Positions 1-17,139 of a stretch of 64,000 nt of DNA are shown piece by piece. Under the pieces are notes generated by a model. The model saw only the letters and a list, made by a program, of their open reading frames with translations, ran no database searches and was not told the DNA's origin. This DNA comes from the human T2T-CHM13v2.0 reference genome, Homo sapiens, in the NCBI RefSeq assembly GCF_009914755.1, contig NC_060926.1, one strand, 5' to 3'. Each line of letters opens with the position of its first letter. Position 1 is the first letter of the stretch. The translations under genes and the position numbers were made by a program.

Positions 1-39
1 GCTTTCATCCCACCTCACTGGAGGCAGGATCTTCCTCTT

Positions 40-945
40 CTCCCAGATGTCCTCATATTGAAGAGCTTCAAGGGTCAGTTCTTACTCCTCTTTTTCCTGC
101 TCTATCTTCACTCATTCTCTTCATGGTGTAAGTGGTATCACCCAGTCTCATGGCTATTTTAAATATACGCCATTGACTCCCAGATTTATACTTCTATCTC
201 AGACTTCTCTCTTAAACTCTAGACTCATAATATACAATGACCTCAACAACTCCATATGGACGGATATCTAATAAGCAACTTAAGTTCAACATGTCCGGAA
301 CAAACGGTGAATCAAGGTTCATCCTTGATCCTAACATCTAAATGCTCTCCATCCACAGCATTCCCCATCTCAGTCTATGGCAATTCCATCCTTCTATGCT
401 CAGGACAAAATCTTAGACTTTTCCTTGACTCCTCCGCTCTCACAAGCCACATCCAACCCATTAGGCTGATGTATACAACATATTGTAATTCAATCCTTTT
501 TACAACCTTTACTACTGTCCGACCATATCTTGTTTTAATTATCATTAGAATTTCTCCTAAATGGTCTCTCTGCTCCTCTCTTTCTTTTCTACTGTCTACT
601 CTTTACATGGCATCTAGACTGACCATTTAAAAATATAAATCATATCATGTTATTCTTCTATTCAAAACCCTATAAAGACTCCTCATTTCACTCAGAGTAA
701 AAGTCCTTACAATGGTCAATGGGCCCACATTAATGTTTTCACCTTGTCTCCTACAATCCTCCCCTGCTCATTGCATTCTGGCCATGCTGGCTTCTTTCCC
801 TGGATTTACAGGTATACCCCTACCCTGAACACTACCTCTTCTCTTCCCCAGATCTCTGCTGGTAAACTTCTAAGAGTGCTCAAATCTCATTTTCTCAACA
901 AGGCCTATATGACTTCCCTATTCAACCTCCAATCTCCCCAGCCCT
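40..945 (+). mobile_element. L2 (L2a-like) LINE fossil; its 3' end resumes at about 3500-3630
   Basis: Resembles the L2 consensus (ctctagactcat...atatctaataagcaacttaagttcaacatgtcc); L2 3' tail cctggcacacagtaggtg...gaatgaa at 3580-3630. Confidence 0.75.
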
Positions 946-1485
946 AAGTTCCTGACTCCACTTGCTACTCTGCTCATGTTAGAGTCCCATGCAGGTTGGC
1001 AGAAGGGCTGTGCTCCATCCATGCAGGTGCCCAGCCTCCTCCATCTGAGGACTTCTGCCTCAGCCAGTTCCTTTGGAGACCATTCTATTTGGTCAATGTA
1101 TATCGGCAGTGGGGGGTAAAGACAGAGGCACACCTGCTTCAAACTGCCTTGGCTGAGAAGCGATATATATATATATAATATACAACATACCCTCCTTGTG
1201 GCCAGATGGGCCTATATGACTAGTTCTCTCCAGTGGAATTTAAGCAAAGGAAACCGTGGATACTACTGAAACTTCAATCTTCAGGTACCTTTTTGTTCCC
1301 TTTTCTTATGCACAGAGCACCCTTGCCTCCTCCCACCATGCCACACATGCCCAGGCAGAACACGTGCAGTCCAATTCAGTCGGTGCATCCAGGATCTCTG
1401 GATATGGCACAGTCTTCTTCATAAGGATCATACAGAACTCCTTAAGATGCAATCTATGAACTAAAAAGGCAAACTATCTGCACCA

Positions 1486-1780
1486 GGCCGGGCGCGGTGG
1501 CTCACGCCTGTAATCCCAGCACTTTGGGAGGCCGAGGCAGGTGGATCACGAGGTCAGGAGATCAAGACCATCCTAGCTAACACGGTGAAACCCTGTCTCT
1601 ACTAAAAATACAAAAAATTAGCCAGGCGTGGTGGTGGGCACCTGCAGTCCTAGCAACTCAGGAGGCTGAGGCAGGAGAATGGCGTGAACCCAGGAGGCGG
1701 AGCTTGCAGTTAGCCGAGATCGCGCCACTGCACTCCAGCCTGGGCGACAAAGCGAGACTCCATCGCCAAAAAAAAAAAAA
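1486..1780 (+). mobile_element. AluY-like
   Basis: Full-length with poly(A); TSD AAACTATCTGCACC at 1471-1484 and 1781-1794. Confidence 0.95.
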
Positions 1781-2246
1781 AAACTATCTGCACCGTCCCT
1801 TCCTGCTCCCAATATACAACGGTGGAGCCGGAGCAGGAGTTTCTTCCTTATCCGATATCCTTCTGGGCCAGGTGGGCTCTGGCATACCCTCCAGAGGGGC
1901 TGCACAACCTTCACAACCCATCAACCTACCCTGCCAGACCAAGTTCTCAGAGGTTTTTTGTTTTTTTTTTTTTAAATAGTAGTTTTATAGCTCAAATATT
2001 TAAGGGCTTGTTCAGTTCAGGCTCATAATTTCTTTGCCAATGTAATTCCCTCAGAAACTTAGTAGGCCTTTGATCTATTTGTTTCCAGTTGATTCCATGT
2101 GCCAGTAACCACACACAAAAAGTTCTTTCCTAAGACTAATGTAGTTCTTTGCCACTTGCTTTCAACTAACAGAAGCCACCTGGAGGCCATATGAACAAGG
2201 TCAGTTGCTTCTGGCTTTGGCTGTATGATAGAATCACTTGGGGAAC

Positions 2247-2545
<299 letters not shown>

Positions 2546-5432
2546 CACTTGGGGAACTTTTAAAAACTGTTTATATCCAGGGTTTCATGTACCTCAGACC
2601 AATAAATCAGAATCTCTGCAGGCAGAACCAAAGGGGATTCTGATAATCAGCCAAGAAAAAGAGACCATACCCTTCATCTGATCTTTACCACAGGACTGGG
2701 TCACCTTTTTCAACTGAGAAGGTCTACTAGGACTTTGTGGCTTAAAGCCTTTCTCAACTCTTAAGGCTTTCTCTCTAGGGTCTGGAAGCAGTCTGTTTTT
2801 CCTTTCACTGCCCCAAGAGTCAGAGCTTTCTCTGTTCCCTTTCATTTATTGCTTGTACACTAGCCAATTCTTTCTAAGCTCATCTCTATCCTATGTCACC
2901 TTACCATTAACAGTCTCACATTCTGATCTTTTCCAACACTTGACCTAGAGCCCGGTGGGTGTGAGGCGTGCCTTCCAAATTATCACAGATGACACATTTA
3001 CCAAATTGGTTACCACTATATAACATGGGTTTCTGACTTTCCCTCTCCAATGTCAGTTTCCTCATCAAGTGTGCCACGTGACTGCTAAGACAATAACACA
3101 CATCTTAAGATTTTAACAGAACTCTACTTCTAGTACTAAAATTTCAGTGACTTAACGCAAAGTTCTTATCATGCCTCCATCACAGTCAAGTGGGTTGCTG
3201 GATATTCTTCTCCATCCATCATTCAAGGACCCAGTTACCTTTCGCTTAATGGTTTCACCCTCCGCGGAGTCCTAATGACGTTCTTTCCACCAAGATAGCA
3301 GAGAGGGTACAGAAGGCACCCTGCTATTTATTAACTGTCTTCTTCTGGAAAGACACCTATCATTCTGTTCGCATTCCACTGGCAAGAACTACTCACATGG
3401 TTCCATTTAGCTACACGAAGGCTGAAAAGTGTAGTCTAGACATGTGCCAACAAGAATAGGAAAAAAGTAATGCTGACAAGCTCCAGCAGTCTCTTTCACA
3501 CTCATTAAAACTTAAGCTCCACAGGGCAGGAGTCTTTGTCCGGTTTGTTCATAGATGTATCCCAAATACCTCTTACAGGACCTGGCACACAGTAGGTGTT
3601 TAAAAAATAAATTTTGAATGAAAGAATGAACAGACAGGATAAATCTCAGATATGGTACCATACGGCATTTTCTTTGTAATAAAGGCAAACAAAATGGACC
3701 AAAGACTAAAAGAATGAATTATACTGCATAGCTACTGAGATAAAACATTCAACAGAAATTTTTGGAAAAATCAAAATAAACTTCCAGGTACTACTTAAAA
3801 CTCATATGTCACATCTACAATGAAAATTCTTATACTAGCTGGTTAAACACACACTTAAACTCACGTATGAGCATATAGAAACATTTGTTCAAAACGTTAG
3901 TATAAACACAGCCGACAATCTCAAAGAAATTACTATTAAATTGATAGCACATCTTTTTGTTAGCTGGAAACCTCTTTACTCAGCCTTACCAGTATGCATC
4001 TACCATACACAAGGCATACATCCATCAAAATTCAGAACTAATACGTTTATCACACTAGCTTCAAAATTATGCAGGATAACAATGCTTATTTTTAAAAAAA
4101 TTTAAGTCTCTTTAACAAAAATAAAGGAATTCATAAAACAAGCTGAAATAAGAATAACAACATATGCAAATAAGACTTAGTTCACAATAGTGCTGTGAGG
4201 GTCAAACAGAAATGTAAGAATTCATTTGTGATTTGTATACTTTTCTGTATGTATCTTATAACTCAATGAAAAAATTCAAGAGTAGATGAAAACATGCAAA
4301 TCATAAAGCAGTATCAGTCACTTGTCTCTAAACAAATACAAAACCCCCATTTTTAAAAGAGTTATAGGTTAGCCAAATGAGGAAATTCAAACCAGGGGGA
4401 ATAAGAAGTTCCCAATTCTCTTAGCCCCAACATCCGGAATAAGAATTTTCAGTAGAAATATACCAGCAAACTCAGTCATCATGAAAGGTAAAACAGCAAA
4501 AACTATCCCAGTGTAAAGAATTAGACTCTACACACACACACACACAAAAAAAAAACCAGTGGAAAAAACATTAACAATTAACATAGTGAAGTACTTGTAC
4601 TTTAAGAAAGCAAAAAGAAACAATTTGAAAATCTGTAAATTTTCTTTATTCAATGAAAAAGAAAAGAAACTACTGTGTTTTTTTCCTTTTTTTGGATTTT
4701 AAAAGTGGCTCTTCACAACCACCACCACCAAAAAAAATGGAATTCACAACACAACAAGACCCAGGATAGGATATTCAGTTTAACAAAATTTTATCATTAA
4801 TTATAACAGAAACCTATCTAGGAAAAAAAAAGGATCTTTAACAGATTTTCAGAGATGAAGGAACTAGAGTTAAGTGTAGATGTGGGTTGAAGTTTGTTTT
4901 CCTTTTTTCTTTAATTCCTGAAGTGAGTTTATTTGCTTTTTCTTGGTTGAGTTTTAAGACAACCAAAGGGAAAATAAAAACTGGTTATTAAAGCTTTCTA
5001 ATACTTGAAGGCCAATAGGATAACCAGGCTAAAGAACCTAGATCCTGAATTATACTTCTGACCTTACATGTTTTTCTACTGTTTAGCAAACCACCAACCA
5101 ACAAACAAAAACTAGAGGAAAGATTTTAAAACAAAGGCTGTAGCAACTTTTTGGAGGGAAAATATGGCATTTTTAGGACTCTGGAAATAAACTGAGAGAA
5201 AGGAAGGAAAATAATTGATGATAACCATGTTACATAATTTATAAGAACCACAGAAAAATCAGATATTGACTTCCGCCAAGATATTACTATTTTAAAAACT
5301 ACTTTTGAAGGTAAAGACACCAATGTGGCAATGGTTGTAAAATACAATGTTTTTTCCAACTTTACAGGCATAAATACTTAACTCCTTTATTTTCTGCAAC
5401 TTTCCTTGCACATTTAAACCCTATAAAAGTGA

Positions 5433-5827
<395 letters not shown>

Positions 5828-6137
5828 TGTACAGTTTTAAAATAAAAAGAAACTCACTTTTTGCTTTGAAAAGAGAGCACTGCAACATTCCATTTTACTG
5901 AATAAAAGAGACCATTTCAAATGTACTATCTTTGTTTCCTGGAATTTTTAAAAATTCTGCTTTTAAAATCAAGTGAGGAAGCACAACATTTTTGCAATCC
6001 TGGCATAAATGTTAGTGTTAAGATTTTACTATATCACACCCTTATTTGGTAGGCATCCATGAGGAAACTGGCCCAGGTGCTGTTACTGATCAAACAGATT
6101 AACACTCAGGGACACAGATGAAACACAAAGCAGTTAC

Positions 6138-6304
6138 CCAAGAGGAATGCTCCTTCATCTGGTGCTGGTTGCTGTGAGGGCCGCCGGCATGGCCACGCCA
6201 AAAGCAATTCTGGCAGAGCTGATAGTTGTGGCACTGCTGGCATCGGTACCGGAAACCCATCATACTCTCACATCGGCAGTAGGAGCACTCCACGGGATGG
6301 AAGA
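6138..6304 (-). CDS. DTNB: Beta-dystrobrevin coding exon encoding the ZZ zinc finger (approx. exon 8, 167 nt, phase 1 to 0)
   Basis: (V)[55 protein letters not shown], with dystrophin-family ZZ CxxC motifs. Acceptor ctgtccacaag|TC; donor TGG|gtaact. Confidence 0.97.
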
Positions 6305-6452
6305 CTTGTGGACAGGAGAGAAAAGGGGAGAAAAAAGGGCAGGAGGGAAGGGATAGAATAAAAGAAGAAAGAATAAAATTTCACTTGGAGAATGAAGTCA
6401 ATACAGAGGAATACCAAAACTAATATAAAAACAAAGGTAAAAATAAAAGTAG

Positions 6453-6760
6453 AGCCGGATGCGGTGGCTTGCCCTTGTAATCCCAGCACTATGGGAGGCT
6501 GAGGTGGGCAGATCACTTGAGACCAGGAGTTTGAGACCAGCCTGGACAACATGGCAAAACCCTGTCTCTACTAAAATTACAAAAAAATTGGCTGCGCATG
6601 ATGGCACATGCCTGTAATCTCAGTTACTCAGGAGGCTGAGGCACAAGAATCATTTGAAACCAGGAAGCAGAGGCTGCAGTGAGTGGAGATCATGCCACTG
6701 CATTCCAGCCTGGGCGACAGAGCAAGATTCTGTCTCAAAAACAAAACAAAACAAAACAAA
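6453..6760 (+). mobile_element. Alu (S/J)
   Basis: Dimeric Alu with (AAAAC)n tail. Confidence 0.92.
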
Positions 6761-6971
6761 ATTAGAACTAAAGAATCTAAATTGTCTGCTAGTCTAACTA
6801 GCCATTTACTAGAAAAAAAAAAAAGATTTAATACATCAGAAAAAAAAATTCAACACAGACTAATGATTCTAATCTAATCATTCCAATGTACTATCAAGGG
6901 CAATACACAACTGTATGTTACAGATCACTATTTATACTTTTAAATGTTGGTAGCATAATTATTTCCTCTGA

Positions 6972-7350
<379 letters not shown>

Positions 7351-9248
7351 TCATTGAACAACTCTTTCTAGCATTATATATATAAGACCACAATCTTACT
7401 TCAATTATAGGGACTTCTAGACTTGCTTCCAAAAATATATATTAACTAGTGAATCAAGACTCAAAAAAAATTGAGTATGAGGTGATAAAAACAATATAAC
7501 AAGATTATATAGCATGATCACTAGGGACTAAAAGAAAACTAAACTCAGTAATGAGAAATCCAAAGGATATTACTTCTAAGAAATTCAGTTTTTTGCCATC
7601 AAGGTATTTCTATGGAATGCTGGAAATGCTAATTAAGAGCATGTGCTCCAAATTAACTATACAACCTAGTATAGTTCCTCCAGAGAACAGGACTCCCTCA
7701 ATCTCAGCAAATGTCAATGAGGTCAACATCTGTGCAGCCAATATTTATAATTCTAAGTAATTTAGGTTAATATTAAAAGATATATGTATGTTAGTATTAA
7801 ATTACCAAATACATTCTGATAATTTTGGTTGAACATATATGTCTATGTGATTCTCCTACCTTCTCTTCCAAACCACTCAAGAGCCAATCCTTAGTCAGTG
7901 GAATGGGTGACAGGTGGAAAAGCAGAGAACCAGAATGATGAAAAAATTAACAAGTGTGTTGGGTCAATTATAAATAAGAAAGAGAAGGACTGTTCAGGTT
8001 CTGGTATAAGTATTATTTTGGTAAAGTGCATCACTTAGTTACCTTGTTATATACCTACACTTGGATTAGTAAATCAATTTAAAAAGTGCAACTTTTGCTT
8101 AAGTGAATATTTCTCCTTATGCATAGTAATGTCAATATAATTCATGATGAACTTCATAGAGCCCAAACCAAAAAAAAACCATAAATACCATAATTTTATA
8201 ATTTGTTTCTCACCATTAAAATTAAGACATACAGAAAAATATTAGTGTGATAGGTAACATATTTTATTTCTAGATATTTTAATGATTTTATAACATTTCT
8301 GTCTCTGATAAAAATATTACAAACCATATACATTAAGAATGTAATCAATAAATTATACACTTTATAAAAGTCACAAAAAAATGTTGATATGCATATGGAT
8401 AATAATACATCTTGACAAGTGAGGCTCTTTCTACTTGGTATAGCAAATACAAAATGATCTTATGAAAATCAATTGGACATAAAACTACTAAAACACTTAA
8501 GGCTATAAAAGCATTGCTCTCCAAAATTTAAATCTATCCAAGAATCCTGTTTTAAAAATTTTGCTGTTTTAGTCTAGAGAGATTCTGGTCCTTTAAGAAA
8601 TGAATCCTTAATCTGAGGTACTTGTGAACTAAAGCCATAGTTGGGTAAAAGGCTGAGAAAATTTTATTCTGAAGTATGGATAGGAAAGCGAGAAAATAAA
8701 AACAGTATGGATGTTTATTTTATTCTTCCGGGGGGATAAAAGTGGACTCTTGGCTCTTCCTCGTTCTCTTTTGAGGAATGAAGAAAGGCAAGAGCCTGGA
8801 GAGAGGGAAGGTTACTAGAAACACAATGGCCTTCCCCTTAACAAACTCCAACAACCTAAAGGAGGAGATAAACTGATGGCAAGAACAGGAAAAATTAAGA
8901 AGTCACTAAGAGATAAGTACCATTTTAACTCAAAGCAAAACAAAGATTTATGTCAAATTACTGGGAGGGACACCAAGAATAGTTTCAAGGCAAAATGGTG
9001 AAGGAAAAAAAATGAGGAAAAAAAAAGGGAACCCACTGTTAAATTATATCTTGGCTATTTTTCTTTAAATCATTCCAAAATAATTATAGTTTTAGCAGTT
9101 GATATAGCATATATACAGTTTTTTAGAGATATGAGTTTGATAAATCAAAGAGGAAGCAGGAAGTCATGGCTAAAAATCAGTTGGGCTCAAACAAGAAACA
9201 ATCATCTGGAATCTTAGGGAGGAAAAGCCTATAGCTGAAGTTGTATGA

Positions 9249-9579
<331 letters not shown>

Positions 9580-9581
9580 TA

Positions 9582-9945
<364 letters not shown>

Positions 9946-10019
9946 CTAAGGACATTGCAAATAATCAGTTCCTATACTTTCTATAGCATGCGGAATTGAA
10001 CAATAAAAGTTCTGCTTAC

Positions 10020-10125
10020 CATTCTCAACATGGGCAAGCCTGTGCATGAGAGGTAGCCAGACAAGGCACTGGGGAGGAGGGTCAGCCATCATTGTGTCTA
10101 AAAACATATTTAGCATTATCTTTCT
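10020..10125 (-). CDS. DTNB: Beta-dystrobrevin coding exon (approx. exon 7, 106 nt, phase 0 to 1)
   Basis: [35 protein letters not shown](V). Acceptor ttctctttacag|AGA; donor AATG|gtaagc. Confidence 0.97.
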
Positions 10126-12271
10126 CTGTAAAGAGAAGAAAAACAAACATACTTTAAGTTTTTTAGGAATCTCCAAACTCCAAGTTTAATTTAGGATTTT
10201 TCCCATCCAAACTTTAGTGAATTACACGGTAAATTTTATAGCAAAATAAAATATTTTACATTACTACAGACACTACTACATGCTGTACTTTACACTACTA
10301 CTATTAGTATATTCAAATGTATTCCCATATACATTATTTTATTTTAGTCAACTGTATAAGGTAAACTAGGTTAGACATTACTATATTCACTTTACAGATA
10401 ATAAACCATTTAAAAGTTTTGTAGTGGCCTGGCCCAAATCAGACACAAACCCAAGACTGTCCTTCAAGTCACCATTTCCGCTTTCCAGTGGGGAAGAGAA
10501 GACACCCCACACCCAAGTATAAGAGCAGGGACTGTGGCTGGTTGTCTACCATATTTCCAGCTCTCCTAACAGTGCCTGGCACACAAGATGCACTTAAGTA
10601 ACTATTGAAAAGATAATAATAATAATTTAAAGGGCAAACACCTAGACATCATTTAACAACTTTCTCATTGACAGAAGAGAAAACAGAAGCTTAAAGTAGT
10701 TTAAATAATTTGACAACATCATAGAGATAGTTACGATAAGGATGAGATTGGAACCTACATGTCCAAATGCCCATCACAATGCTCCTGTTATACCATCTCC
10801 CTAGCTAGACTGCATTTTTCTGTTCTATCTTTATTTCTCTTTTTAACAAATATATAGTAAGCTTCCACTGTATATGAAACACTGAAAGAGTATGTCCCAC
10901 TTAGACACCAAATTAGAAAGCAGTCTAGAAAGATAAGATAGAAATAGAGTTATATGATATAGAGAGAACAAATTCTCCACAATATTTCAAATTAATGAAC
11001 TTTCTTTTTATTTTCTCCAGCCCACATGACACCTTTCCAGCTCCAAAGAAAAGGAAAAAGGAGCTGAAAGTCCAGGTCACACAACTCAACAAGATAGTTC
11101 CGTGATTGTAACCTGGACATGAAAATCTCACTTCAAATTGTTCCAAAAGAAGAGCCCAGACAACAGGGCACACACTCAGGAGGTGCATGGCCGTCGGCTG
11201 CCTCCTCCATGTCCTGATCCCACCATTCAGAGGCAGGGTGGTGGCTGGGGCGAAGCCAAAAGCACACCCAGAATTTCACCTTGGTCTCTCCCAAGTAACT
11301 GTTCTCAGTCCCACCACTTTCTTAATGTGAAGAACAGGATATAAAAAATATAGGTGTTTCCCCATAAAATGTTTAAATCATTTATTTCAAGGGGGGAAAA
11401 AAGGTAGAAAAGATAAAATTGGTTAGGGCTGACCTAAAGATATTGCTGGCTGATTACAAAATAACTCTGATTTTTACCACTAAAAATATATATATTTAAC
11501 ACAAACCGGAAGCGAGGAGTGAAGACACTGTGATGCTTGGCCTGAAGGACGGAGGCCCCCAGGGATGCCATCAGACCAACCACCGGAACCTCCCAACAAG
11601 AGTTCCTGTCTCATAAGGCTCAAGACTAGACAGACTTATTCCTCTGCATCTTTCTAGCGACTGGGAGAATCTTGATTCCAGTATACGTAAATTGGAGGTC
11701 ATCTTATTGAGAATAATATTTAAAATAAGAAACTGCTTAATGGGGAATAGAAAAGGGAGGTAGAGTAGAAGGCACAGCAGGAAAGAAGCTGTGCAATAAA
11801 AATCTGGAAAAGATGAAGAAAGCTGAGGGACAATCTCATCTCCAGAAAGCCTGCAGGCCGGCAGGAAGTAGTTAAGTAATTGGACAGTTCCTCAATTTAA
11901 CTTCTAATATGGAACTACTGGGGGGCGGGAGGAGCTGAGAACTACGCAAAAGGGCTGACAGAATGATTGGCGGTATGGAGCTGTCATTCAAAGGGCCTCT
12001 ACACATCATGAGCACTGATGGTGAAGCATGAGAAGTACCTACCCAAATAGGCTAAATAAAGGTTACCCTAAGTGTTTTCCATCTCAGGATCCAAGAATAC
12101 TATTGTTTGAGACCTTGGTGGGATCTGGGAGGAACCAGTGAATAACATTAAAAACCATAAAGCCACCTAATATTTGAATGCAGGAACAGATATGGAAAAT
12201 GCCTCTATGGACATGCAAATAACCAACAAACCAAGATAAAGTCAAAAGTGTCTATTCAAAATTATTGAGAT

Positions 12272-12540
12272 TGGCTGGGCGTGGCAACTCACACCTGTAA
12301 TCCCAGCACTTTGGGAGGCCAAGGCGGGCAGATGGTTTGAGACCAGCCTGGCCAACATAGTGAAACCCCATCTCTACTAAAAATACAAAAATGATCTGGG
12401 TGTGGTGGCGGGTGCCTGTAATCCCAGCTACTTGGGAGGCTGAGACAGGATAATGGCTTGAACCCAGGAAGCAAAGGTTGCAGTGAGCCAAGATATCACC
12501 ACTGCACTCCAGCCTGAGTGATGCAGTGAGATTCCGTCTC

Positions 12541-12557
<17 letters not shown>
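12272..12557 (+). mobile_element. AluS with (TA)n(CA)n after the tail
   Basis: Alu consensus match. Confidence 0.92.
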
Positions 12558-12573
<16 letters not shown>

Positions 12574-12802
12574 TACACACACATACACATGTATATAAAA
12601 TAAAATTACTGATAGAAGATGCTAGAAAATTTTTAGCTAGTAAAAAGTAGCGAACAAAATTAAATGTATCATATCCTTTGTCATAAATTAAAAGTTTAAT
12701 ATTTCTATAGCTTGTGTTAAAAATTACATTTTTATAATCCACTTATAATTCTAATACTACTTTCTCTAAAAAGTTTTGATTTGCCTACCATGGAGTTTTT
12801 GT

Positions 12803-13110
12803 GTTTTTTTTTTGTTGTTGTTGTTTTTTGAGACAGAGTCTCGCTCTGTTGCCAGGCTGGAGTGCAGTGCAGTGGCGCAACCTTGGCTCACTGCAACCTC
12901 CGACTCCCTGGTTCAAGCAATTCTTCTGCCTCAGCCTCCCGAGTAGCTGGGATTACAGGCATGCGCCACCACGCCCAGCTAATTTTTGTATTTTTAGTAA
13001 GATGGGATTTCACCATGTTGGCCAGGATGGTCTCGATCTCCTAACCTCATGATCCACCCACCTCAGCCTCCCAAAGTGCTGGGATTACAGGCGTGAACCA
13101 CTGCACCCAA
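12803..13110 (-). mobile_element. AluSc-like
   Basis: TSD CATGGAGTTTTT. Confidence 0.92.
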
Positions 13111-13373
13111 TCATGGAGTTTTTTTTTTTTAATCTTCAAGATGACAAGGTAGAATTAGATTTTGATATCTCTGAAGACCCTCATAAATAAACTTAGGATC
13201 AATCTCCAAAAATTGTCCTAAAGTCACACCATATATGACGTTTTCCAAAAACATGAGGAATGAAACTAGCAGAGCCATGTCCAAGCACTCTGTCTTCCAC
13301 CAACCACGTGATCTGGAGAAAATCACTGAACATCTCTGAGTTTCAGTTTTCTCATCTTTCAAGGGCTAAAATA

Positions 13374-14272
<899 letters not shown>

Positions 14273-15500
14273 TTAGGAGAGGCTTCCCATCTCTAAAATT
14301 CCATGACTCAATAAATAATTTTATGAAAGGCAGGTTGGCTCTTTTTGTCCCCTATCTTTTTATTTTGTTTTTGCTCTTGAGTTGAACACATTCTTTGCAT
14401 TTCTCCTTATTTTTAAGAGCTTAATATTAATATGAACTATAATAAAATGCAAATCATGCATTCCCACAATTCTCATTTTTCTCTATTTCCCTCCAGATGT
14501 ATATATATTTCTACATACTTGTGAACAGAATAGATATGAATACATCATCTGTTTTTTCACTTAACGTTCTATTAAACATCTTGTTTTGTACAAATTCTTC
14601 ATTTCTAATCCTTTTAACAGCTGCCTGATCCACTGAGCGAAACCACCATGATTTATGCCTCCCTCTATAAAACACTGAGACTGCTTTTATCACTGTATGC
14701 AGTCTCATATTTTTTCTTAGAAACAAGCGTTTGTTTGTTGCTCTTTGTTATTCTAATCTAGACTGACAACTATTACCCTACATGCCATTCTCACTTCCCT
14801 TCCTCCACCCTTGACTACCTCTTCCCATTTTTAAAAGGGGAGAGGAGTAACCCCTTAAAAATGAAAAATCCAGTATCAATAAAATAACATGAGAAAATAA
14901 AATAATTTAGCTATAGATCATCATTGCTACAGTCTCCAACTTCATCATTTCCAACAAAAACTCCTATAATGTGCAACATAGAAATATTTACCCATTGCCT
15001 TATCATTTAAATGATGTATGACATTTAGTTAACTGTCTTGAAAGGGACACTTCTAAAGTTTTCAGGTTAAAACATTTTTATGCAAACTTCTGAGTATAGT
15101 TACAGAGATATTTTATCTGACAAGGGCAAACATACATTAATCAGAGTTACAGAGTTGTTGTAACTGAAAGGGGCAGTCTTTCAATTATTTTCACACTGAA
15201 TTTCCCCACATCACAGATTTATTTTGGACTTTGAAAATAAGAGTAATTTATAATGACAAAATAATATAATGTTACTCTGCTTTTTCTTAGAGATATTTTT
15301 ATTTGTTATGGATAAAGGAAAGATTAGAAAAACTTCAAATATTCTGAAATACTATATTTCTCTCATTGCAAAGATTATTTCCTTTGAAAAAATCATGGAA
15401 TAATATCAGTGAAAACGAGGATGCAAATACATTATGAAGTTTAAGCTTTCATTAGAATTCAAACCAAAATTACTAATTTTCTCATGTCATACTTAACTTA

Positions 15501-15841
<341 letters not shown>

Positions 15842-16144
15842 TTAATCCAGGAAATAGTATCGATCGTTTTCCAGACACTGTCAGTCACTGGGGATGGAAA
15901 GCTGAAGGAGAGCAAGGTCCCTCCCTTCAGGGCATAACTGAGCTGTAGGTAACATGTCATGGAAGTAGAGAAGAGGACACAATCCTAAGATGAAAGATTA
16001 AAAACATCAAAGAAGAAGGCATATTTTTGCTAGGATGTGGAATCTGAAGCCTTTTTTGGAGGAGAGACAGAAAGTCAGGGGTTACTGGCATTTCAGTGAG
16101 AACTAAGAATATAAACAAAGACAAAAAGTTTGACTGCTTTGACT

Positions 16145-16345
16145 CACTCAAAACAGGTTACTCAAAACAAGAGAAATGCAAATCAAAACTACACTGAGAT
16201 AACATTTCTCACCCATCAGATTGGCAAAAATTCAAGTGTGGGAACATGTGCTGCTGGCAAGGCTGTGGAGACACAGATGCTCTCGCACAACACTGAGGGG
16301 GATGTAAACAGTGCAACCCCATGGCCCTGTGGCAACAGCTAAAAA
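16145..16345 (+). mobile_element. Old L1 (L1M) fragment
   Basis: gaaatgcaaatcaaaactacactgagata...cacccatcagattggcaaaaatt, an L1 ORF2 3' motif. Confidence 0.7.
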
Positions 16346-17139
16346 GATCCCATGGTATGCTAAGGGTAGGAACAGGAGAGGGATGGGGTAGAGCGGGAGC
16401 AATCAGGAATGGCGGTGAAAAGGTAGACTGTGGTTCGACTGCTGAGAGCCACAACGTCATGCTAAGCAGCTTATCCAGCAGGCAATGAGGAGTGAGTCGA
16501 GTTTTTTATGAAAAATAAGGACATCAACAGAACTGTATTGCAAAATGATGATTTAAACTCAAATTTGCTTATGATTAAAAGGAATAATAAAACCAACATC
16601 TGAGAAAGCACACTCCTCTTCCTTAGGCTGCCATTGAGCCACTGAATAAAGTGACGAGAAGACCAGGGTCCTTCGTTTTTTGGGTGATGAATTTTTCTGC
16701 TTTACTTGAATACTAGTTAGTCATACATAAAGCAGTAAGGCAGAGGGGACACTGGAAGTCCAGAATGGGACTGCACACTGGACTGTGCCACCAATGAACA
16801 CCAAGAATGACCTGGACCGACAGCCCCACACCCCACAGGCTGGGGAACTTCTTTCAGCTCATGAATCATCAGTGGGGAAGCGGGGGGAAGGGGTGCTTTC
16901 CTAGAGCATGTGGACAGCAAGTACTGCTAACAAAAATCCTTTTCTAAAAAGAAAACAATCTTGAAGCCACTTGTCATTTCTATGTAAGGATTCATTTAGT
17001 AAGACACTCTCTCCTTCACAGGCCCAACTAGAATAAAATCTCACTTCTAGGTCTCTACAATTTTGTTCAATCTAAGTATGCTAGTGAGACAGGCCTCATT
17101 ACTATAGAGACCTGATCATAATAAAACCCATTCTACACC

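Noticed and set aside
256-630. 124-aa ORF
   Set aside because: Lies in a decayed L2; no coding hallmarks.
11130-12060. GC-richer unique patches with an ETS-like CCGGAAG motif
   Set aside because: Could be an enhancer, but single short motifs are not evidence; no ORF or RNA gene recognised.
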